A stretch of DNA of 58,069 nucleotides, the filler included, from Sphacelaria rigidula (Eukaryota), in assembly GCA_964200075.2 (NCBI GenBank). It is 6 parts of 6 records of this genome, joined end to end, with 100 filler letters (N's around TTAATTAATTAA, not from the genome) between each part and the next. Parts side by side here need not be neighbours in the genome. Positions count along the whole stretch, not along the records: positions 48,476 to 58,069 come from CAXNAA020008134.1; 5 more parts are not named here. The stretch is one strand, 5' to 3'. The notes under the pieces are model-generated. The model ran no database searches and was not told the origin of the DNA. It was given only the letters and a program-made list of their open reading frames with translations. Made by a program: the position numbers and the translations under genes. Each line of letters starts with the position of its first letter. Position 1 is the stretch's first letter. Positions 48,692 through 58,069 of this stretch are shown here, one piece after another.

Positions 48692-51072
48692 CTCTTTACC
48701 GTCTTCTCTTCAATTCTCACTCCTGTATGAATAACGCGCCGAGGACGCACACCTACATCTGACGAAGGGAAGCTATCGAGAAAATCGAACAAAATTGGGA
48801 GGAAAAAAACACAACACCCCTCCATTCCATACCGCGTGCACCTGCTATTGCTGCCCCGGGGTGTCCGTATTTCACTTAATCGCACGCCGGCCTTCTTTTC
48901 TTTTTCAGACACATACCTCTAATTCTGGTTCCTCCCTGCGTCCGAAGCATTGGGGCCCAAACAATTGATTGGGACACACAAAAAATCCCGACGATACACA
49001 TGGGAGAACCGACATTATAGATTATGTCTGTCTCTCCCTCTCTGTCGATTCCCCTTCCCCCCCCCTCCTCTACCCCTTGTCTACTCGCTCAACTTGGCAA
49101 AGAGGCGGTGCCTCTTTTTCCGCTGCAAAAAACAGCATGAACAGGTTTGTTTTGGAAATGTGAGTGGAAATGCCGCAAGCCATGGCAGCGCTGGCACACC
49201 GCGCACAAGCCGCGCACAAGCCGCGCACAAGCCGCGCACACCACCCTCTCGCCCCTCCAGGAGTCCCCTTAAAAATGGAACGCCACCTCCGTTGTTCGCT
49301 CAGCATTCGACCCCGACCGGAACTGAAACCCGCATGCATTTACCATCAAAACTCCCCTTGTCACTAATATTACAACCTACGCTGATAAAGCCATTCGATC
49401 ACTCTCTTGTCCGGGCACGCAATGATCCGCTGACGTTTGAGCAGCGAAATATCGCCGCCATTTTCTCAGGGCGCACGTCGGAGCCTGCCTGCCTGTACAC
49501 GACTCGCCTGGCAGGCAGCACACGAGTAAAGAAAATTAGCCAGGGTCCCGAATAGTCAAACTCCACCATTCGATCGATGTTGACACGCTCCCCCCCTCTC
49601 CCCCAACCCCACCCCGCCGTTACCCCCAGCCCCCCGCGAGGAAGCTAGCGAGTTACAAAAAAACTCGAACCACCTGGTTCACCTGTTCTTCAAATAAATC
49701 CTCCGAAGACGCCGTAGTGTCATTTCCACGCACAAACATTCGTGGTCCCCTAGACCCCCGGGAAATCATGCGGAGCTTACAACGAAAGTTCCCCGGCGCC
49801 GCCCAAGTAGGCGAACATGAAAGTGGCCGTCACCGAAAGATGAAATGCGCAGTAGCACTGCTCCCCAGAAACCCGGCAGTAGCCGTACCTATCATCGCGG
49901 TTCACTCCGTGGTTTAAAACAGGACCGCCCAGGTTGTACACATAGATATAGATATAGATATACTCGTACGTACTGGGATCATGACTTGACCATGAGGATC
50001 ATCACTACTGGGATGTGTTCCACATAAAACCCAAAATATTCTATAAACTAGGAGAGCTGCTTCCCTCCCCCCATCTGCCGTTCAAATCTGTCACAAATAA
50101 CCCACACAACCGACATTAATTTTCTCGACAGCCCCTAATATTTTCTTGCCCATCTTCGATTCCCACGAGCCGTCCTTCTTCTTCAGTGTTCAATATTTCC
50201 TTTGTCTCCTTTTCTACCGTGTGACAATCGCGGAGACCAAACAAAACACGGTCAGTGCTCTGCCGAATCCCACACGCACATACCAACCAAACACGTACGA
50301 TGCATCCATCAAACGTGTTGTCACGTACCGTACCTCGCGCGAGCACCCATCAAGATCATCATAATAATTCAACAACGATTTGGTTTTTTGTTTGGAAGCA
50401 GAAGAAATGACCAAGAAAAAAATACAAAAAAACGGACGGACGGACAGACGAACGAAGGTGCTTTGAAATCAACGCAAATATGCCGGGGTCCCCGAAAACC
50501 TCTTCATTGCGTCTTGATTCCACTTTTTGTGCCCATACTTCTTTTAACGCGGTAATGCCAAACGTACCCAGCTCTATATTCTGAGAAACGACTATAACAG
50601 TAACTACAGCAATCAAAACACAACACAGCGGGTAGGTACCCTCTTTTTTCTTCGTAGATGTCCTTACTATTTATCTCTTGGTTTGTTCCTCGTGCGTCAT
50701 AACGCAGGTGGGTAAGCAACTAATCGCGCCATTGCCCCAAGCATTCAAATAAATAAAAAAATAAAAAGTCATAGCAATTCAAAGAGGAGGACAAAACAAA
50801 CACATGAACGTCCGCACCGGTGGAGGGGGGGGGGGGCAGGGGGCGGAGAGGCACACAGGAGAGGCATATATCAGCCAAAAACCTACCAATCAAATCAGAT
50901 GAGACCAACCTGGATCATGACACCGCGCCCAACAAAAATGGAGACACCTTACCGAATCCCAAAACCCATCACTACAAAATGAGTCGTTGAAAAAAGAAAA
51001 AAAAAAAGGACAGAGCAAAATACAACGTGATGTAGAGCGCGCTGCAGAGTTGGTGAGGGGTGTCATGAGGGG

Positions 51073-51225
51073 TCATGATTTAGCGGTGAAACGGCTGATG
51101 GTGGAGCGCAGGTGTTGCAGCTCCGACAACGAGTGCGACGCGAAGTTGAGGCGTTTTAACCGCGACGTGGGCAGCTTCACCGAGAAGAAGTTGAGCGGTG
51201 CAGGGTGCGCCTTGTACTTCTTCAC
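51073..51225 (-). CDS. PDZ+PH protein, terminal exon
   Basis: cag|VKKYKAHPAPLNFFSVKLPTSRLKRLNFASHSLSELQHLRSTISRFTAKS*; fits the last PH strands and C-terminal helix. Confidence 0.75.
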   Translation of the reverse strand: MKKYKAHPAPLNFFSVKLPTSRLKRLNFASHSLSELQHLRSTISRFTAKS

Positions 51226-51442
51226 CTGTATCGCCAGGCGTTTCCACGATCCCACCCATCCCGTACATCCACCCCCCCATCCCGACGGCGAACCAAAAAC
51301 AAAACACGGTAAAAGACGAGACAAGAAAACGGGAAGAGGGAAGGGGAAGCGAAGAAGGAGAAGAAAAATAATCAAATGAAGAAAGAGAAGAAAACCCGTC
51401 CATGGATGTCTAACTCACAGTCTCGTGAGAAAAAGATTATTA

Positions 51443-51443
<1 letters not shown>

Positions 51444-51497
<54 letters not shown>
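51444..51497. repeat. (GT)n microsatellite
   Basis: Seen directly. Confidence 0.95.
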
Positions 51498-51498
<1 letters not shown>

Positions 51499-51668
51499 AC
51501 GCGCGCGCGGATGCATCATGAGCTTTCTGCCGTAGCTTGCGAACAGACGAAGGGAAACAAGAGGGCTGAATAATTGCAGACGTCGGACAACTCAACTCAG
51601 GTTAACTCAGGTTACGTCTAGTTGACTTTTCTTCCCATAACTCACCTATGAGTTACAGCATCACAACT

Positions 51669-51820
51669 TAGCGGTGGATATTTTGGGTCAGGTGAGTCGT
51701 GGACGATAACTCAGCGGTGAATATTCTGGCCGGGTGAGTTACATGAGATAGCTCAGCAGTGCACATTTTGGCAGGGTGAGGTACACAAGATAGCTCAGCC
51801 GTGTTTATAACGGCCAGGCA
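51669..51820. repeat. 42-bp degenerate minisatellite (~3.5 copies)
   Basis: Units resembling tcagcggtgaatattctggccgggtgagttacatgagatagc. Confidence 0.7.
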
Positions 51821-52532
51821 ACTCAAAGCAAACGTGAGCTGAAGCAAATGAGCGCAGAGCATGGCAGAGGGCCTCTCAAGGCGTGACGGCTTTACCCTCA
51901 TGATCGGCAAAGCTGCTGTTAGCAATTCTGGTCGTTGTTTGAATGTGTGAGCCACTGGACCATGAAACACTTCTTTACCTTCTATATTTTTTGGTCAAGA
52001 CGTTCATATGGATTGACCACTCCGACAGTAGCGGCGGCTCTTTACAAGTGGGCGGTTTTGTTTTGAAGCGCTGATAAATCATTATGCCGTCATCGATTCT
52101 CGACATTATAACTTACAGTCATCCATGACCATTATTCACCGTATTGACAGCAGCCATGTTTTATGTTGACACTCATGTTTATTTTCACATACATTATTAC
52201 ATACCATACGTCATCCTTCCTAACGAAAACCCATCAATATCAGAATTCATAATCACGTCTACATTGTAAAAAAAAAAAGGCATCATGACAAGGACTGTTA
52301 CATGCCGACTTAAAACATTACACATCGATATTTTCAGAAAACTACTAATTATATTACGAACAGATATTGCCAAGGACTACCTGACATCGAAGGCGGAAAA
52401 AGACGAGTCTTTTTGAAACCGTCGTCGGACGAGCCAATAAGGACTCGGGAGGCAGATTGATTTGTTAAGTGAACCCCCACCCACCCATCCTTACCATTCC
52501 CATGTCATAAGTTTTATCGTAGTGTTTCACAC

Positions 52533-52634
52533 CTTGATTGGACTACACTTGAACAAATAGTTGAGCTTGTACGCCTTGACCCTTTCGTGGATGCGCTGCC
52601 GGCCGAACACCGCCAACACCATTCGGTCGTAGCT
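52533..52634 (-). CDS. PDZ+PH protein, exon
   Basis: gcag|SYDRMVLAVFGRQRIHERVKAYKLNYLFKCSPIK|GT; 102 nt, phase 0/0. Confidence 0.72.
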
Positions 52635-53165
52635 CTGCGTGTCGTGCGAATGTACCAAAAAACAAGACAAACAAAATAGGGGAGCAAAACTGTGTGTGTG
52701 TGTGTGTGTGTGTGTCTGTTGGGGGGGGGGAGGATGGGAGGGGGCAAAGGGGCTCATAGATGACAAAATGATAGAACAATGAAGGCCAAAACTCTTCGGA
52801 AGAGAAAGGGGGGCAGCAAGCACATACAGCCGCATAGAACAAATAAAAAAAGACAAGGCAAGGTGAGGCAAGGAAGGTAATCAACCAATTAATGGAGTGG
52901 ATGAGGGGGAATATGTATCAATGACTGCTTCCGCACAAGGTTGGCATGGAAGCGTCCGTGTGCTCTTCAGCAAGTGCATTCCTCCTTTTCATAGATACCT
53001 CTCAACTGTATGCATCGCCATACTTCATCAAATCACATCACTATATGATATATATATATATATTCATCATATCCCAACAGAAATCTGCCGTTGCGTTCGG
53101 GCTATATGTTCAGCGTGCCCCAAACTAAATATCTCTTGACGTTCACATCAAGCCCGTCGACCTAC

Positions 53166-53354
53166 CTGCTTGGACACGTAGACCTGCAGAACGTTCGACT
53201 TGGCAACGGCCCCGCCGAGGACAAAGTACCTCCGCTGCCACGCGGAGAAACTTCGCGGGACCCCCACTGTCTTCTTGAACATGATCTGCCCCACGTTATC
53301 GTCCACCATGAGCTCTCCTCGCTCGAAGTGTACTCGAAGCGGTCTGGACGCGTG
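53166..53354 (-). CDS. PDZ+PH protein, exon (PDZ end and PH start)
   Basis: HASRPLRVHFERG..MFKKTVGVPRSFSAWQRRYFVLGG..VLQVYVSKQ|GTAGGT; WQRRYFVL is a PH signature. Confidence 0.8.
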
Positions 53355-53452
53355 CTGTTTTTGGTGCCGCCGTCGTTGTCGTTGTCGTTGTCGTTGTTAT
53401 TTTCCAATTTTTCGTTTGGTTGCGTTGTTTTGTTCGTTGTTGACGCGCGCGC

Positions 53453-53556
<104 letters not shown>

Positions 53557-53959
53557 ATGTGTGTTTGGGGGGAGGGGGAGGGATGCAGAAGCAGGGTTGC
53601 GCAACACAAACAACAGCCACGAACAGCGACAACAACAGGAGCAGCAGCAGAAGGAGCAGCAAAACACGACACGGGAAAGTGAGACGTTACTCGTTCATCA
53701 TTTGCAATCGGCAATTGGCAATCGGCAATACTGTAGGTATCACACGAATGACGACACTGCCAGCCAGATCTGAGCACGGCCCGTATCCATCTCTCGAAGA
53801 TCTGGATCACACAGCTGGGTCCGTGACGGACCAGTCAACGCGCGACGACCAAATCCATCCGGCACTAAATCATAGAAACAACACTGAGCAGCACTGCATC
53901 GCACCGCACCGCACAGCAAAAGAGGACGGGCTGCGCACTTCATGCGGACACGAACAAAC

Positions 53960-54052
53960 CTTGATTCGTTCCAGCGTTTCCTGGTACGTCAGTCCCGTGA
54001 CCGCTTCGCCGTTGACCTTCTTCACCTTACTGCCGACGGTTACTCCTCGCGT
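53960..54052 (-). CDS. PDZ+PH protein, exon (PDZ core)
   Basis: cag|TRGVTVGSKVKKVNGEAVTGLTYQETLERIK|GT fits the PDZ motif G..VG..I..VNG..V; 93 nt; not in the ORF track. Confidence 0.78.
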
Positions 54053-54099
54053 CTGTGTTTCTCAAAAGTGTTTTCGGTGGAGGAGCGGAAGTGGAGCCA

Positions 54100-54482
54100 T
54101 TAGGAAGCAGTCAGGGGCATGGGGGCAAGCAACAACGAGGAAAACGCTTCTCAGATTAATAGAGACCTCATACATGTCGAACCCTTTTGAGCTTCCACCC
54201 ATGAGCGAACACTCTCCTGGAGAAAAACTTGCAGGTATCACGATGATGCCGATTCATTTCGAAAACAGATGGGAGGAGGCAGTCAGAGACATGGGCGCAA
54301 GCCACAACCAGCAAGGCAAGAGCAACACATACAAAGTTCACATATTGCATCACCCCGTTGAGCTCTCACCCACGGACACTCTCTTGCAGTCATTTTCCAG
54401 AGGTCACAACGATGCCGATTCATTCCCAAAACAGATGAGGGGAGCAGTCACAGGCATGAGCGACAGCCACAACAACAAGGGA
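54100..54482. repeat. Degenerate ~165-170-bp tandem repeat (intronic)
   Basis: gatgccgattcatt..aaaacagatg..gcagtca..catg..agccacaac at ~54245 and ~54411; partial copy at ~54103. Confidence 0.65.
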
Positions 54483-57003
54483 AATGCGTGTCGTGTAGTG
54501 TGTTGTCATCCCACATATTTTGTGGCGCCGGTTTACACCTTTCGGTACATGTGGGCGCACCAGCCGGGATCACCCAGGAGGAAGGCCAACACAGAAACAC
54601 CGCCCTTTGTTCGCTTTTAGTTCTCCACCTTCCCTCTTGCGGTGCTTGCCTTTATATTCTATCGCGAGAGGGGTTCAGCGGTCCCTTTCCCTCGTCGACC
54701 AGTACGTGGAATTTTGTGTACCCACGACATAGTCGCTCTCCTCCATTGGGCATTGTGTAAGAAAAAATGCCAGATCGCTCCGAGATTCCAACCCACGACC
54801 GAACGAAGCCAAGGGTTGGCCAGGGAAATGCTACACACCAGGACCTATAACGTGCCTCATCCTCTCGAAATATCACGCATATATGGACGCTTCCATACAG
54901 TCAATTCCTCAAGGTCAAGATAATGCTGATCCATCAATAAAAAAAACAGCTGAGACACAACACCGGAAGGCATCTAACACCGTTTTGAAGAGCAAGATAA
55001 CACGAAGCCCTCGATTCGCTTCTTGGCTCTTTACAAAAGTCGCACACCTGGACAAATATGTGGTCAATAAATAGTTTCAGTACAAAAAATGTACTGTGTA
55101 AAGTGTGGGCACATAATATTGCAATTATTGTCAATAGTTGCGGAAGATGAAAAAAAAAAAAGTGCCGTAAGTTTTTGGCGTATTGCAGCTCATGTCAGCG
55201 GTCAAAGTAGGCCTATCCTTCACGCATTACAACGTTTCTCTTTCGAAACTATTCCCCACATCTTGTCCAGAGTGTGACAAATCCCACACCTTGAACAGTA
55301 TATGGTCAACACTTACACTAGACAAGAAATGTGCTGCGTAAGGCTATTATACAAGCCCCTTGTGACTACTGTCTGTCGTCTGAGAATGGTTGCACTAGGC
55401 GTACTTTACGCAGTACATTTCGTGTCTATTGCAACTATTGAATATATATTGTCCAAGGTGTCAAAAAACAGTGCATGGTGCGGACGAATCATCGCCAGTT
55501 CGAATTCGAATCACCAAATCCACGATTTTTCAGGCCTGATTGCTCAAAAGAGAGAAAAAAATTGACCGCCGGTTAAAAAAGGTGGGTTTTCACAATACTC
55601 ATTATGCTAGCACGATTTTTGAATAATTCGTTCATCTTGAAAATAATGTGGGGTCGCTATTAAGTAAAACCGTGCTAGCATAATAAGTAAAAGCCTAAAA
55701 AAAGGTCCCCACGCAATTTTCGCGCTATTCTACGTGCCTGGGCTGCGCGTACCTGGGTTGCAACGCGGAAAGCAAAGCCTGGGGATTGATTCGTAAGGTA
55801 CGAACCAACTACACTGAAATCAAGTAATTTCAATATCAACCATCAACTCTCTCAGCCGTTGAAAAACTGCGAGAGTGCCAAAAAACTGACAATAGTTGCA
55901 ACCGGCCTTACTCTACGCAGTACATTTTTTTGTCTATTGCAACTACTGACCATGTATTGTCCAAGGTGCGGAAAACTGCGAGAGTACCAACAAGAGAGAA
56001 TCGTGTCCATAATCATCATCATGTCAGCTGCAGGCCACATGAACCGAAAACAGCGGCCGGCCGGAACGCTGATGCCTGGGGTAAAAAAATCAACATGAAC
56101 CTCAACGTGTCCACGGTGGTGTGAAGACAAAGCTGTGTAGGGCAGGGTACACCCCCGGGTGTTTACTCTCCCCGATTTTGTGTTGCAATGCTTCGATCTC
56201 CAACCTTTACCCAATATCTAGCTTTTGGGTGTTCCACAGTACGATTTTTCAAAATACCCGAAATGTAGGCCTGTATCTCACAACACATTCCTTGCGAGAA
56301 CTGAGGAGATCCAACACCTCGACTGTCTCCATGCCACCATGTCTTTGTCTATTCCTGCCCCTCGCCCCAGCGATCGAACCACCTTCAGGGCAAGACAACA
56401 TCAACTCTCCACGTGCCTGTGGCTCATCTGCTTGCCCCCACCCCCCCCCCCTCTCCCCTCATCCCTTCTTGCTTCCACTCCACTGATTTATCTCTTTCTT
56501 TGTAAGAAAAAACACAAAATTGATCCATTTTTTTTTTCTTGGGGGGGGGCTCTTTGTTGTAGGAGCCTCCCGATGACAAATATATGGGCCTTAGACTGTA
56601 GCCTCAGCAAATGTTTGGGCTGAGAAGTACACGCCTACAGTGGCATTAGTCTTGTGTCCTCCACCGAAGAGGGGGTGCCGCTATCAGGTACCCCGGATGC
56701 AAGGTACCTCCTGAGTTTGACATGATTTTCTTTATTTTCAACACACAATGTTACAAAACTAGTGCAGGCGCTCTATCTCGGCAAGCGATATCCAGATAAA
56801 AATCAACAACACGTCCACCATGTCTACGACGTACTGCAGACGATTTTCCCGGGTCGCCACGGGATCCTTGCCACGGGATTCTTCTCACACAAAAAACCTT
56901 CGTCAAGAGCTCCTCTACTACCACGCAGCATGCACCCATTCTCCTCTCTTTTTTTTTCGCTCCTCTCTTCATCCCTCCCTCTTTTTACGTGCCCCTCTCT
57001 TAC

Positions 57004-57117
57004 CTGCGCCGGGCCGTTGTCAACAACCATTTTCACCACCGCCCTCTCCGATCGCATTTCGCTCCCCTCTGGCCACTCATCATGCCGCTCCAACAGCATG
57101 CCAAGCTTACGATCTCG
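57004..57117 (-). CDS. PDZ+PH domain protein, exon (PDZ N-terminal part)
   Basis: ttttcag|RDRKLGMLLERHDEW..RAVVKMVVDNGPAQ|GTAAGA; LGM carboxylate-loop-like motif and GPA. Confidence 0.72.
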
Positions 57118-57210
57118 CTGAAAACAAACGGGACGAGATGAGATCAGAGCAATTAGTTTTTTAAGAGGACAGGCAAACAAGATAACAAACAAATAGAAGG
57201 TCAAAATAGC

Positions 57211-57247
<37 letters not shown>

Positions 57248-57958
57248 TGGCAACAACGATCCGAGAGCATTGTCCATTTTCCATCACAAGTCTCCCCCCC
57301 CCCAAAAAGAGAAAAACAAAGATTTTTCCTTCATGAAGTGGCGATTCTCCGTACGAAATTTCAAAGCACAACTCTCAAAAACTGGGACGCCATATCCAGA
57401 TTTAGTGTAGTACGTGCATGTGCTCGGAATATATTGACTTTAGTATATAACCTTGTGTGTGCCATATGTCGACATACGTTCAACTCTCATGACTCAAGAG
57501 GGGCCTTTTACAATAAAGATTCTGGAGAATTTTCTGTTCCCTCGCTGAGCTGAACAAGAATGATGAAATTAGTTCTCCTGCAGCGCTGGGGCGTGACACC
57601 TCCGAAATAGGGTTCCTTTGACCGGTAGTAAATCTAAAGTTTGATGAGTAATAAATCAAAATGCTTGGGCGAAAACCCCCGCCCCTCCCACGACTATTCA
57701 TAATACCCCTCAATCCCGTGTGCACAAAAGGAAAGCGCCGTTTCTGGCTGGGGCGATTACACTGGGCAGGATCGCGCACCAGCTGCCACGCTATTTTTCA
57801 AGGGTAGGGAGAAAACCGCTTCGAGTGCTGTAGTAAGCCCATACAATGCTAAAAACAAAGGAAAAAAGCAGTAACAACAACGTTTGTGTGTATATTCGTG
57901 TCTGTGAGTTCGTTTGACTTTATTCGTTCGTGTACCGTAGATGTTCTCGCTTGCCACC

Positions 57959-58009
<51 letters not shown>

Positions 58010-58069
58010 CCCCCCTTTTTACCCCCCACCCGCACGACCCCCGCGGGGAGAGAGGAAGCCCACACCACC

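Noticed and set aside
51669-51820. 42-bp periodic repeats as a CRISPR-like array
   Set aside because: The units are contiguous and degenerate with no unique spacers; the context is eukaryotic with no cas genes.

Overview
Eukaryotic, intron-rich and TE-rich genomic DNA; the gene content and repeat style suggest a stramenopile, probably a brown alga (inference). The window is not one locus. It is six contigs of 9596, 9595, 9595, 9595, 9594 and 9594 bp joined by identical 100-bp linkers (N44-TTAATTAATTAA-N44), so nothing can be inferred across linkers. Contig 1 holds six exons of CTR9 (PAF1 complex TPR protein, minus strand) carrying two mutually similar inserted beta-type domains, plus a nested LINE/MITE stack. 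Contig 2 holds a decayed LINE reverse transcriptase and two EME1-like exons. Contig 3 holds an OSCA/CSC1-like exon, a low-complexity exon and MITEs. Contig 4 holds a hAT-like non-autonomous element with a nested TTAA MITE and a foldback, plus a coiled-coil exon. Contig 5 holds a ~10-exon uncharacterised gene with an ATP-grasp-like motif and Cys pairs. Contig 6 holds the five C-terminal exons of a PDZ+PH protein. A LINE family whose copies end in C-rich tails recurs across contigs. Most entries in the ORF track are spurious; the real genes are spliced. Exon coordinates were derived by hand from GT/AG sites and phase consistency. No rRNA, intact tRNA or CRISPR array was found.
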